DNA from: Chrysomallon squamiferum | Taxonomy: Eukaryota; Animalia; Mollusca | NCBI GenBank assembly: GCA_012295275.1 | Contig: CM022679.1 | Location: forward strand, 9,796,001-9,860,000 | Direction of reading: 5' to 3' | DNA: 64,000 nt | Shown here: piece after piece, positions 1 through 14,325 of the stretch | Layout: every line of letters starts with the position of its first letter | How positions within the stretch are numbered: position 1 is the first letter of the stretch | Notes under the pieces: generated by a model | What the model saw: only the letters and a program-made list of their open reading frames with translations | What the model was told of the DNA's origin: nothing | Database searches by the model: none | Translations under genes and position numbers: made by a program

Positions 1-1011
1 AAGGAAAATTAAAAAAAAAAAAAAAATTAGAATACAGTTTCTTAAGTTATTTTAATAACACGGGTAGATGATTCACTAAATAAACATGTGTTGTTGTTTT
101 TTTATGAGGTGCTCACAGTTAATTTCAATCATAAAATAAACAATAATGATAAAACATGATACGCTGCGGAAATCTGAGTGTTAATTTTACGAAAATATTT
201 TCCCACAAGTCAGTACGTCTTCATTGTTTCCATCCTTTTTTTTTTTTTTTTTTTTTTTTCCATCCTCTTATTCAATTACCTAGCTGCACAGAAGTAAACA
301 AGAAACCGAAACCGAATACAGTTTCCAAAGTGTCTAGTGCCTTTACATTCACTGACTGATACGTGGGGCAGAGGTATTTCGGTGGATACCTATCGGCTTA
401 ACTACTGACAAGACCCTCCTATCAGATAAAAAAAAAAAAACACAACTTATTGTTAGACTGTCTCGTTAATACAAGGTGTTTTACTGCTGCTACACCGAGT
501 TCCCTGTCAACCGATACGCTAAGTGGACGAATTTCGAAACACAAACATATGTCCTGGACCCATACATCACAGCCTTAACTAGAACCTACACACGCAAACC
601 GAAATCCTATACTCTGGAAACGGGGCAGTATTAAAGCTTTTAAAGTTTTAATCTGGCGTAAATAATATTCATTCTCCTCAACTAGTTAGTACAGTGGTTA
701 TGCTTTACCCCCCCTTTTCTTTTCTTTTCGCTCGGGCTGAAGACAGTTATCGCAATGAATTCATTACATTGTAATGAGAGGACGGAAACGAGGCAGACCG
801 CGCTGGCAGATGGCTGACCACCGACATTGACGGCTTTCGGTTTAACTGTCATCTGATGGCGCGCTTCTTCTTCTTCCGTGCAAAAAAAAAAAAAAAAAAA
901 AAGTAGCCATCTTGGAAGATCATATTTCAAGATAAAAGCGATTACCAGTGAATTAGTTTTGCCGTAGATTACCTCCAAATAAGATGTTTATTAAATATAT
1001 GGTGTCTGGCC

Positions 1012-1043
<32 letters not shown>

Positions 1044-1154
1044 ACAAGACTTTAAAAAGAAAATAAACAAGAAGATAATCTTTTAAAGTAGGACTAGTAC
1101 TGCTGATAATTTATTGTCACTGAGAGGTTGATCACAGCTGAACAGGGTAAATAA

Positions 1155-1157
<3 letters not shown>

Positions 1158-1235
<78 letters not shown>
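1158..1235. repeat. (CT)n microsatellite
   Basis: Perfect CT dinucleotide run seen directly. Confidence 0.97.
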
Positions 1236-1239
<4 letters not shown>

Positions 1240-1857
1240 CACCTACAGTAACTGATACTGTCAATAACAATACAAAATCAAAATTAATTGCAAGCATTAT
1301 TGCTCAACACTGGTACACACACACACACACACACAAAAACAAACGAACATAATTGCATTCACCTATACAAAACGTACTGTAATGTATCAAAAAAAAAAAA
1401 AAAAATTAAAGGTAACAGTCATCTGTTACTAAAAAAAAAAAAAAAAAAAAAAAAATTAAAAGAAAGGAAAAATAAAAATAAAAACGGTTCAGGCAGTAAA
1501 AATGCCCATGGGGACATGTGACAGAGAATATTTTAGCAAATAATAATAACACAGTCCTCTGAGTAAACCTGAATGAAATCTTGCAGCATTCCTAAGCTCT
1601 TTATTATTTTCAGATCGTGACGTTTCTTGACGGGTAATCATGAACCTCTTTGGTTTAACCGACGCCATTTTGAACAGAAGGACTGATTAATAACTCTTAT
1701 GATTCATTAACAAGAAAACAAAAGAAAAAAAAAATGTTCCGAAAGTTTTATATAAAATAATGGATAAATGAATTTTATATGCTGTCGTTCACTACCAGTG
1801 TTTCTTTAATTTCTTAATTTTTGTTATTCTTTCTTTCTTTATTATTATTAGATGCTA

Positions 1858-1881
1858 CTGTTGTTGTTATTATTATTGTTG

Positions 1882-1929
<48 letters not shown>
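1858..1929. repeat. (GTT/ATT)n microsatellite
   Basis: Trinucleotide run; explains the poly-L and poly-I ORFs in the ORF track. Confidence 0.95.
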
Positions 1930-1932
<3 letters not shown>

Positions 1933-2232
1933 ATATTTCATATGAATTGGAAGACAACTGTGGATAAAAACATAGCTGTATATAATAAAACAAATTCAAT
2001 AATGTTGTATCTTTTGCGTGTTTTGTTTTGTGATGAGATATTAAAGTGTTTTTGTTTTTGTGTGTGTTTCTGAGTCTGGGTATACATAACTACAACATTT
2101 AATATGAAAATTTTATATCTTAGAACGACGGTTTCATGTCTAATTTACTTTAATATTGTATCTCTGAAACTGTTAACACTGGCAGTATGAACGAAAAGGC
2201 AAACGAGTTCGTTACTGATATTTCATATTCTA

Positions 2233-2454
2233 CAGGGTGTCCACAAAATCTGGGTACATGGGGAATTTTACTATGTTATTTTTCTTGCCCAGATCGAATG
2301 ATGGCTCTGTCTAAAGAAGAAAGAATCGAGTTGGTACTCTTAAGTGGACGAGAAGGATGGTCTTATCGCTAAGCTGCAGAAGAATTCAGCATTAGACACC
2401 CTAATAGACAACCTATTTATTTTACTTATGTACCCAGACTTTGTGGACACCCTG
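2233..2454 (+). mobile_element. Internally deleted Tc1/mariner-superfamily DNA transposon (MITE-sized, 222 bp)
   Basis: 27-bp terminal inverted repeats with 1 mismatch: cagggtgtccacaaaatctgggtacat (2233-2259) and atgtacccagactttgtggacaccctg (2428-2454). TA target duplication at 2231-32 and 2455-56. Interior reads MALSKEERIELVLLSGREGWSYR*AAEEFSIRHPNRQP, resembling a transposase N-terminal HTH with an in-frame stop. Confidence 0.85.
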
Positions 2455-3809
2455 TATACATCTATAACTAGAATCAGTCGTAACGCGTTATTTCATAAAT
2501 AGAGTTACTTAACCTTTGTTGCGTAGTTTTTAGGGCAGAGGAATAAAAAAAAAAAAAAACAATTATAATATTGAGACAGAACTGCTATTAAGAAGTGGTA
2601 TAATCTATTTAGGATAAAAAGAAAGTTATATGTAAACTTACCGCAAGTCATAATATGTGTATTAACTGACCGTCTGGTTAATCTCACCTTCAGATTTTCT
2701 ATACATTTTCTGCTAACAAATAATTCGTTTTATATTAGAAATGAACTAAGTATTGAAATAGTTTTTAAAAATAGGATAAAAACAGGTTTAGTATTTGTCT
2801 TACGTAGATTAATATCAGCAGCTAAAAATACTACTATTATGTAATGATTTTAAAAACCTCATTCATTACCATTTAATTTGATACCCGAGAAAATTGCGCA
2901 GAACACGAATCAAAATAAAATTTATCTACACGATTTATAACTACATTTCCACTTACAAAATGTCACTAGAATTAAAATGAGTGTAATTGACGATAATAAA
3001 AAAATTCATTATAAAACACGGATTCATTTTCATACGTTTTTTCTCCATTTCTCAAGCCCTCTCTATCTTAACTGAAGCGAAAACAAACAATTTATTTTTA
3101 AATTTTTAGCTAGCACAGAATTCTATATGTATGCTTATTGTTACGTTGATGTAATTTATGTGTACTCGTTATTAAAATATCTTCTTTCGGTGTAAACCAT
3201 CTCGCAAACACCTGAATTACGAGTCACAAACATTGTCATCACTTCTAACGAAATGTGCTAGAAAAAACACACCTAACACGACTGTTTCGCAGCCTTTGCC
3301 ATATATAGGTCAAGTTAATCCACGCTCTGACATCCACCCGATAAGATTTAATTAAGCATACATTTAATAGGGATGGTCACGTAATGGTCCGCGTATAGGT
3401 TTCGGTTCGTTCGCGTTTTATTCTCTGTACCTGTCCTTTTTTTTTTTTTTTTATTCTCTGTAGTTGTCTTGTTTTTCGCCCTTGCAGCTGTCATTTTCTT
3501 TTCCTTTTCGAGCATAATGTTTTCAGTCGTGGATTTTTTTTTTTTTTTTTAAACAAACAGTAATTCAGCAAGTTTAATGAGAGTGTTGTAATTTGCGGTT
3601 GCATTACCGCTAACGTGTTTAATTGTTATTCATCACCCGTGTGTGATGTCGATGGTGCAAGAGTGTGACTAACGTTTACATCTGCTAGTATCTTTCCATG
3701 ACTTTTCACACCACGAGGTGAAAAAAGATATATATATATATATGCATTCAAATAAAACTGGTATTATTTGTATTGTTTCGTTTAGGTTATATATTGATAA
3801 ATAGATAGA

Positions 3810-4112
3810 TATATACATACATTTATATTTGCATATATACATACATTCAATTACATACAGGCTCATAGATACATACATACTTAGACACACTCACATACAT
3901 ATATACATACATTTATACATACAAACATACATACATACATACATACATATATACATACATACATAAATACATACATCTACAAGCATACATACATACATAC
4001 ATACATACATACAAACATCCATACACACACACACACACCTACATACATACATACATACATACATACATACATACACACACACACCTACATACATACATAC
4101 ATACATACACAC
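3810..4112. repeat. (CATA)n/(CA)n compound microsatellite
   Basis: Seen directly; source of the MYVC-repeat ORFs. Confidence 0.95.
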
Positions 4113-4351
4113 ATTATCACCAAGTTTTCACAACGACTTTGAAATGTGTCTTTTACGAGCAGACTTCGCCTGTTGCTACAACGTCACCCAGCATCTGAAT
4201 GAATCAGACGACATTTATTTAATTTGGTTAATTTGCTCCTATAAAATCATCAGATCAAGCTCTCCTCAACAGCTGGCTTACGAGTCTCAGAGAAGCGACG
4301 TGCACATCGAGTTAGTCTGAGAGTGCGTTCACCGTGCACCGTTCTCCCGCT

Positions 4352-4825
4352 ACTGTCAGACATCGGCAACCGTTCCTCAAATAGTCAGACACGAGCAAAC
4401 AGCCGGACTTTGGCAACAATTCTTCAAACAGTCAGACATCGACAATCATTCCACAAACAGCCAGACATCGGCAATCATTCCATGAGCAACAAAACATCGG
4501 CAATCATTCCATGAGCAACAAGACATCGGCAATCATTATTCAGCCAGTCAGACATCGGCTATCATTCCTTTGACAGTCTGACATCGACAGTCATTCGTCA
4601 TAGAGTCAGACATCGGCAAGTATTCCTCACTCAGACAATGGCAACCATACCTCAAACAGAAACCGATAACAGTCATCAGCAAAACATCGGCAACCATTCC
4701 TTAAACAACGAAGACATCGGCAGTTATTCCTCAAACGGTCCGATATCGACAACCATATCATCTAACAGATATCTGCAACATTTTCCTCAAAGAAACATCG
4801 GCATTTATTCCACAAACAGAAATCA
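4352..4825. repeat. Degenerate ~29-bp minisatellite (consensus ~cagtcagacatcggcaaccattcctcaaa)
   Basis: The core gacatcggcaa recurs roughly every 27-31 bp, about 15 times. Confidence 0.85.
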
Positions 4826-5497
4826 GTAGCCTCATTTAATAACACAACACGGAGAAATGAATTCAGATTCCTTACAGACTTTACCGAGTGTGAAACACTT
4901 GCTCAGGTCAAGTTCACTTTTGTACACAGAAGAAAAAACCTTAAAAATATTTAAAATTTATTACCGAACTAAATCTACAAGAAAGATGAAAGGAATGACA
5001 ACAGTTTAATTCGTCGTTTTGTTCTTAGCATGGAAATACGACTTTATGTGCAATTTATTTTCAGGTTTTTACGATCAGTTACTAAACAGGAATCACTCGA
5101 GTTCACATCGTAATGGAGATTGTGAAGAATAGTTTACGTATCATTTAACTCGTTTCTTTTTATTAGCTGTCCTCAGTTTACGCAGCTCATTTATATCTAA
5201 CAGCATAATGTGGTAACTATTTATATCGTCGCTTAAGTTTACATTATAAAAGCCAATGGTATTTAATCTGCTATAATTTAATAACGTAAATTAATTGGAT
5301 ACATTTTTATATATATTTTGCGAAATTTGCAGTTACTTTAATAATTATCTTAATTTTGTTTTTGATAAATGCATACTTGATTTCACTGCCAGAAATAATT
5401 AAAATAAATTATAAATCCATGAATTAATAAATGAATCGAAAAGAAAAATAGTCAACTAAACAAAAGTAAATTATAGTGAATATACAGGATTAATATT

Positions 5498-5528
<31 letters not shown>

Positions 5529-5908
5529 TAATTATCATTATTATTGTTATCATCATCATGGTCATTATTACTAATAGTCTTGTTGTTTTGTTGTCATCAT
5601 CATCATCATCATCATTAATAGATTATTGTTATTGTTGCTATTATTATTATTGCTACTGTTATTATTATTATATCTAAAATTTAAATAAGACAATGAAACA
5701 TTTCTATTTTATTCTTTATTATTTTACCCTTTCATAAGACTCTTTTATTACGGTCTTTGTTAATAACAAACGTGATACAATTAAAACTTAACCGAGCTGC
5801 GCGTGTCATTTTCAGCCATGAAAACTAGAAACATTTCTTTTCACTGGTTGTTAGAAAACACGAAACGCGAAACACTTCTAATTATTTTCTATGAATATCG
5901 TAATTCTA

Positions 5909-5944
<36 letters not shown>

Positions 5945-6321
5945 AGAAAAAAAAAAAAAACCCGCTGATCGTAGGTGGTCGGAAAAGCAACGCGAGATCT
6001 CGCGATATTTTGCGAGTGAGATTTTTGACGTGATTTGTCAGTTTTTGGTTTCATTGCGGGAATACTTAGCCGCCTGGTTAGTTATTACAATGATCCGCTG
6101 TGTCAATCCCCAGTTTTTACGAGAGAACGTTCCACTCCCGCGAGTCAGTTAGGAATAATGGATGTGTTCACCGTCCATCTGTCCTCAATCTGAGCCTTTA
6201 ATTATGTTTTCCAGAAAACTACTCCGCAAATAGCATTTTTGTCTTGGTCTGCTTAATAAATCCAAATAATAATGTTGATGACGATATTAATAGTAAAGTG
6301 ATGATGATGATGATGATGATG

Positions 6322-6374
<53 letters not shown>

Positions 6375-6879
6375 TGATTATTATTATTAATACTAATAAT
6401 ATCATCATCACCATCACCATCATTACAATCATTGTCATCACCTTTATTATTATCATTATCATTGTTATTATTTTCGTTATTAATTAATTAGTAAAATAAC
6501 ATTCAGTGTCTGGTCAGTTGGTTTATCTAATATGTGATTTGTCGTAAGGAAAACATTATTCTTTTAAACGACAATTCCAGACGTAATTTCAGAAGAACGT
6601 TTGTAATAAAAAATTCGTTTAATGCATTTACTCTGTATTTTGTCTTTTCTTCTCTTTCTTTCTTTCTTTCTTTTTTTGTTTGTTTGTTGTAATATTATTT
6701 AAATGTTAACAATTCGTGTATAGCAATCTGGAATATTTATTTAGCGAATTTAAATAATAATAATAATAATAATAATAATCGGCTAATTATACATAAGGTA
6801 ATAGAATACTATTGATTTTGTTCAAATATTTAAATTCTGTTTCTCGAATATGTATTTCGCAGAAAACAGATTTAATGTC

Positions 6880-7140
6880 ATTGTTGTTTAATATAATAAT
6901 GTATAGTTAATCTTAATGTAGTTGTTTAATATAATAATCTATTGTTAATATTAATGTAGATGTCTAATATAATAATCTGTTGTTTAATATAATAATATAT
7001 TGTTAATATTAATGTAGTTGTTTTGATTTCATAATATTCTGTTAATATTAATGTAGTAGTTTAATATAATAATCTATTGTTAATATTATTGTACTTGTTT
7101 AATATAATAATCTGTTATTAATATTAATGTAGTTGTTTTG
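6880..7140. repeat. ~38-bp AT-rich minisatellite (ttgtttaatataataatctattgttaatattaatgtag)
   Basis: About 7 tandem degenerate units visible. Confidence 0.85.
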
Positions 7141-8079
7141 CTATCATAAAAAAATTGTGCTTCCAATCAATCGGTCACTTAGTGGAGTTAATGCAAAATG
7201 GTCTGGCGCAATTTCAATTTCTCCCTGATTTTGTTAGTAGCTTTACGAATTGGGAAAACGAATTTTGTTAATCTAGGCGGCTTTTAACATAAACCTTCCA
7301 ATTCCCAAGACATTGTTCTTTTTATAAGACTGGAAGCTTTATGCTTCTAAGGGGGGACTAAAGTTCTTCGGTGCTATTTCTTTTCCGTCATTCAAGAGTC
7401 ACCTAATGAAGATTTCCCTTAGCCGGAATCTTTGGCGAATTCTCTTGGCCAGTCAGATTAAATCTCGCGACTCTCGCGGGATTTGCATCCCATGCGAGGC
7501 TAAGTTAGCTTCATTGGTCGGGCCAATTTACAATGTAATTTCGGCACATTCAATAAAGCCTTGATTACCGCTACGTTACATATGTCATCTTTTACAGCTC
7601 AGTTCGATCAAAACACCGAAAAACTCAATTATCTCTCGTGTTCATTGCGTTAACAATATCGCTGATTAATTCAAATTTAATTACTTGAGACATCAATAAC
7701 AAGCCACTTTCCTGGCGAGCAGCCTTTTGCAGTGAAGACTTGATGGGATTCTGCTGAAGCAAAGAGCGCGATCTCTGATACCGTCTTTCCATTTCCATGT
7801 AAATTACACGAATTTTCCGGTATTAGTCTTGAAACACTGGAGTCATTTCCTATCACGACAAATTCGACGTTTTCCTCTTACCATCAAAAGAGCGTAGCCC
7901 TGGCTAATATTTACGGGACGGTTTTGGGCGATGTACGAAGACACGCATGTTGTTATTACCTGAAGCCGGGTTTTCCGACAGACTGACTCGTGCATTTGTA
8001 CCTCAGTTTCTGACGTTACCGCTACTCACTTCTGATTTAATTTACCGAAGGAATACACAATTAATTTACGTCATTAATA

Positions 8080-8320
8080 ATGCTAATACTATACTATTAT
8101 GTAATACTATTAATACTATACTGTAATAATATTTATAATATTATTATGAAATGCTATTAATACTATACTGTAATAATATTTATAATTTTATTATGAAATG
8201 CTATTAATATTATACTGTAATAATATTTATAATATTATTATGAAATGCTATTAATACTATACTGTAATAATATTTATAATAATATTATGTAATAATATTA
8301 ATACAATTATGTAATATTAA
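8080..8320. repeat. ~47-bp AT-rich minisatellite (atgctattaatactatactgtaataatatttataatattattatgaa)
   Basis: 4-5 tandem units visible. Confidence 0.85.
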
Positions 8321-8433
8321 TTTTATTGTAAAGAAGACTATTCTCCTAATTTTTATACTGAAATATTGGCTTAATTATATTATCTTAAATCTAATTTTAT
8401 AACATTTTAAGACGATACTTTTATATCTATTTA

Positions 8434-8474
<41 letters not shown>

Positions 8475-8608
8475 CAGCAACAACAACATCATCAAAAACA
8501 ATAACAGTAATAATTTGTATAATTTACCATTATCAATTTACTAATACAATTCAATAATTGCTGTATAATTATTCTTGCATAAAAACTGTGTGGTTCATCC
8601 ATATTTAA

Positions 8609-8639
<31 letters not shown>

Positions 8640-8723
8640 TCCACCTAAAAAAATAAACTAAAATGTTGGTTTTCAAACTATCTTTTTTAAATTTACTTTT
8701 ATTATTTATTATTTATTTATATA

Positions 8724-8816
8724 TTATTCTTATTCTTATTCTTATTCTTATTCTTATTCTTATTCTTATTCTTATTCTTATTCTTATTCTTATTCTTATT
8801 CTTCTTCTTCTTCTTC

Positions 8817-8860
<44 letters not shown>
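8724..8860. repeat. (TATTCT)n-(CTT)n-(ATT)n compound microsatellite
   Basis: Seen directly. Confidence 0.95.
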
Positions 8861-9395
8861 TTCAGAACCCTTTAAACTGAATTTCACACTGGTCACGAAA
8901 GCATGCTATAATTATATAACAAAGTTCAAGCATTTATACATTTAAATGCAGTATATATTCAAACAGCGCCTCTGATGTGGTGCTACAGCCCTCTTCAAGT
9001 ATCACCATTCTAAATCATCAAGAAGCATATCTCGATGTTTCTCCGAGTTGAAAGTGTTAAAAATAAACAGCTCTTATAAATCTCAACATTCGTTAATTGA
9101 TTTGCTTTTCAAGCTGCGTCCTTTTGCACCTTTAATACTTACATACTTAAAACAAGCATACAAGAATTTAAAGAAACGAGTATGTTAACATCATAAATAA
9201 AGAAATTCAGTTTACAATTATTCCTGGAAGTTTTGTCAGGAGAATCATTTTATATTCGACGCTCGAAATGAAAAAAAAATAAAATAAAATAAAAATAAAT
9301 TTAAAAAAAAAGGAAAGATTGTTAAGAAATGATGTTTTATGTTCATCCAGTTAATTCCCATTTATGACAAGAAGAAAAAGAATAACAACAACCAC

Positions 9396-9498
<103 letters not shown>

Positions 9499-9806
9499 GA
9501 CATTCTGATTTGGATTGAAGAAAGTGAAAATAAAGTGACCAAATATTTTAGCAGTATTGATTCACAATAAAATTTAAAATAAATTCATTTCAAAATTGTA
9601 AGTTAATTACTGACCAAAAACAGTTCTTAGAAGAAATAAAAAGTGAGAAAGCTATGTCATTTGAACAACCGAACAATTAGGTTGTAAACAGTTTTCTAAA
9701 TGAAATTTACCATCATGTCTGTTGAAAAACACACACAAATACGCATACGTATATGTACCTGTACAGATACACTTTTAGCTAAACACATAAACACACACAT
9801 TCTCAT

Positions 9807-9854
<48 letters not shown>

Positions 9855-9951
9855 GTACATATACACACCATACATACACATACACATATGGACATTTGCA
9901 ATTATAAGCATACACAAGAACATACACATATTCATATTCATACGCACATTT

Positions 9952-10077
<126 letters not shown>

Positions 10078-10687
10078 AACCCACACATTTATATCAATAT
10101 TAATAAACGAAGCAGTTTTTAGTTCAGGATGTTCTGCGTTATTACATTAAGACGAGATATTTATTTAGTTGTTTAAACTGCCTGGCACGGTTCATTTCTC
10201 TTTTTAAACATGGTTGCTTCACCTGATTAAAAATATTAAAAGTGTCGTAAATACTTTGTAAATGACAGGAATTCTGTTACGAGTCATGAATCACTTTTAA
10301 GCATTATCTTTCAGTTTTAAAATGCGAGACGCAGGCGTCTTTATGAATACTTACTCAGATAGTCATCTTCAATATTATGGCTATATGACATTTTTGTTTG
10401 GAAGAGCGGGGCAAGAAAGCCCAACCATAAGCAAGAAATTCGATATGACCTTCTCACTGGAGCCAGAGTCAGTTCAAAGCAGATGAAAATTATCGAGGTC
10501 GAACCCAGGTTACACAAATTTCATGGACTTTTCAAAATGGAAAATAAACAAGGCAGTTCGACAGTGCTGAAAAGAAAAACATTTTATTTTTTTTTATTTT
10601 TTTATTTTTTTAATTTTACTTTTACTTTTTATTTTTTTTTTTTTTTTTTTATTATTATTATTTTTTTTATTATGATTATTATTATTT

Positions 10688-10751
<64 letters not shown>

Positions 10752-11461
10752 GTGTTTTTTTGGTGGGGGTTTTTTGTCTTGTTTGTTTATTGTTGGGTTA
10801 TTTTTTTGCTGTTGTTGCTTTTTTTTGTCTTCTGGCCCCATGTGACAAAAAGTCTACTCTCAAAACTTTTTTAAATGTAAGAGGAAAATTTTATCTAAAT
10901 TGTTTTATCTAAATCAGTACAGGAAAATTGATTAGGTAACAATATCATCGAATGAAGATTTCATTTCAGAGGCAGAACCACTAAACGTTTTCAGTTACCA
11001 CTAACTCTGACATATTCACGTGAGTATAACCCTCCCGCTCTTAATAATAACATTGTCGACAGTAAGAAAAAAAAAAATTATTAGTTTAATTAGCACGGCT
11101 TATGAAAGAAATACAAGAAAAACACATTGTCGTACGAAAATCAACGGGGGCAAGAAATTTATAGTGAAGGGGCAAAAGTCCCAGTCACGTGCGTTTTGCC
11201 CCATTGCAAAATGGGCAAAATGCCCCATTCTGACAGCCATATTTTAATAGCTTTTCTTGGCATAATTAGAGGAAAATATTGACGTCATTCTATATCAATC
11301 AGGAGCAGAAACCTTTCTTTCACAGGAAAAGACAAACACATTTTGTTAGATATGCTCTGTAGACGGTGCTACCAAATAAAACAGCTGTATCAGTTGTACT
11401 AACGTCAAGTGCAAAACAGTCAGATGGATCCAAGTAAACTACTAACTGCTTTGTTTTTCAG

Positions 11462-11482
11462 CTTGTCGTCTGCGGCAGGAAG
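11462..11482 (+). other. Candidate 21-nt microexon of an unidentified + strand gene
   Basis: TACTAAC (11440-46) + tgc + tttgtttttcag | CTTGTCGTCTGCGGCAGGAAG | gtaagg. Length is a multiple of 3 and all three frames are open. Confidence 0.5.
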
Positions 11483-11724
11483 GTAAGGTTTCAAATTAAA
11501 GCTAATAAAACTCCAACTGGCCAGCTGCGTCACATGATTTCGGCTAAATGTGGCGTGGGCGTTTGACCTTGACTCGATGTCTTGTCCACCTCCCACCCTT
11601 TTTACTTCTCTTTAGCTGGAGAGTTTTTAAAATAGAGTGTTAAAAATAAATAAATAAAATAAAAATTATGTGAAGCTAGAACAGTTATTATTCATACTTA
11701 AACATATTTCAAGAAACAAATAAG

Positions 11725-12050
11725 CATACATACATACACATACATACATATATGCTATACAAATATACAATCATTGATACACATGTACATATACAAAAAC
11801 ATATACTTAAAATGCATCCACCCATAAATACATACTCATACACATATGTATACATATATACATACATACATACATACATATATACATACATACATACATA
11901 TATACATACATACATATATATATATAAACACACATACATACATATACATACATGCACAGATATATACATACACGCATACACACATGTATATATACATACA
12001 TACATACAATTAATCGCATAAACACACAGGCATACGTACATACACACAAT
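11725..12050. repeat. (CATA)n/(TA)n-rich simple repeat
   Basis: Seen directly. Confidence 0.9.
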
Positions 12051-12194
12051 ACACATGAACATAGGGACTTGCGTGAACAATAAACAGCAAACATTAGTGA
12101 TGGTATTTTTAGTGACATCATGGGGGAAAGGTGTTCAGATGTAATTGTACTGTACTTATATTGTAGTTCTTAAAATTAATTGAATTAATTAATA

Positions 12195-12326
<132 letters not shown>

Positions 12327-13361
12327 TCAGTAATGAATATCCTTTATTTTATAATGTATTTCTAGTTAGATGTTAACCTGCACATAATTAAATAAACACA
12401 CTTTTAGCACAAAGCTATACCGCTGATGGTGTTCCAATAACATATTTGTCGTTTTAGCTTTTGTATTCGAAGGGACACAACTCTTCAGTTTGTCAATGTT
12501 AAAGTTATTTCCCCTTATAAGAACATACACATAACAATGACATTAAATTAAATCCTGTGGGTATTTCCAGCCGACTATCAAATCCTTAATATATTTAAGT
12601 TGGAACCAGATGGATTTTATTCATAGTCAGAATGAGCGCTTAATATATATATATATAAAATATAGAATAAACAGTTAAAACAATAGAATGAAATTGTGTT
12701 CAACTGATATAAATTAATACATTTGATAATTCTGGTGTTCTACCTGTATTTTGGGCGCACAATTCGAAATGCCTACATGCAATAAAATGATTTTAAAGTT
12801 ATGGACACTTGTTATCAATTCTAAATAGTTAAATATCGCAAATGAAATTTAAAACTTATAGATAAGTTCCCAGGCTTTTTTCTTATTTTCGGTACCAAAA
12901 TAGCCTTATCCTTTGGTCCAGAACTGGTTCAAGTGGTATACTCTATTTTAATCTCATTCGTTCAGGATATCAACTAGAAAATTTGCTAGACCGTAAATTT
13001 CAAAGAGTATTCATCCATACGTTTTCAGGTCACGACTGATTGAAAACTAATTATTATTATAATTATTATTATTATTATTATTATTAAATAATTTCGCCCT
13101 GTCACATTTAAAAAACAAGATTATTTTGTAGACTGGTTTATGGATCCGTTGTAAATATAAACATGATCCGCAGCGTAGAAAGGAGAAATCGTTAATATAT
13201 CAAAATTCAAATGGAAAAGATGCGTTTCGGCAATTCGTGCTGAAAATACACGTTACTCGTGGGGGTTTTCAGCTCTAAATATGTCCTCATATATATGTAT
13301 ATGTGTATGTGTGTGTGTGTGTGTGTATAGATTATATATATATATAAATAAATTTATTATA

Positions 13362-13403
<42 letters not shown>

Positions 13404-14289
13404 CACGTAATCACCATTTTTCTGCAGGCTGAACTACGAAAATCGTTTCATGCGACATGTGTCTCTTTCAGTCGTACCAAGTTACAATGTTTAATATAAA
13501 ACAAAAATATTTAAACTATCGTCAAAGAACTGATATGGTCACGACCGCCGAACTTTTAATTAATACGAATACTGTCACTACGTTTTGTAAAGTCGCTCGC
13601 GTATTATTTTGTTAACGCCAAAATATTAACAAGTTCAGACCAGGCTGCCTAATCAAATTTCATATTTTTAAACATAACGACCAAAGAGCAAATTATCTCT
13701 TAAAATATTTTTTTGTTTATTTTAGAATTTGTGGAAAGTTTGCTGACTTGGTGCCCTTTCCACATCCGCCATCAGTAATTGATCTGACCATTTCCAAATG
13801 TTAACTCGATTTAATTGTATTTACATAACGGTTTCCGTAGTGATTTTCAATTAGAACCATCAGAATAAAGAAAATATTTGTTATAAAACATGCTTTAATT
13901 AGTCCGTTAATGTCACGAAATGAGTTTTTAAAAAAATAAATAATAATAAATACATAAATAAATAAATAAAATAATAATATATTAGCACGTGAAACACAGT
14001 CTAAAAAAAATGTGTGATACCATTCTAATACTATTGTTTTTTTTTCTTGTTATGTGCCTGATTCTATTGCAAAAATATTTAAATACAGAATATATATATA
14101 TATATATATATATAAAATAATCTGTTTGTTAAAAAAAAAACACAAACACAATTTTAAAACTATAATAGTTTATACAGTGACATGTGAGCCACTGACAGTA
14201 CAATAAATAAACATTTCTTTAATTTTTATCTGGACATGAAAATAATTCCATTTATAAATTTATGTATCTTTATTATAATAATAATAATA

Positions 14290-14325
<36 letters not shown>

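Noticed and set aside
7628-7800. Short minus-strand ORF MEMERRYQRSRSLLQQNPIK... with possible donor CAA|gtaatt
   Set aside because: No recognisable homology, another frame is equally open, and no downstream exons could be linked.
11140-11240. ggggcaaaa/ttttgcccc inverted motifs resembling a DNA transposon end
   Set aside because: No matching second terminus or target duplication found.
13239-13273. Small hairpin gctgaaaa..cacg/cgtg..ttttcagc
   Set aside because: Too short and imperfect to distinguish from chance; no RNA family recognised.
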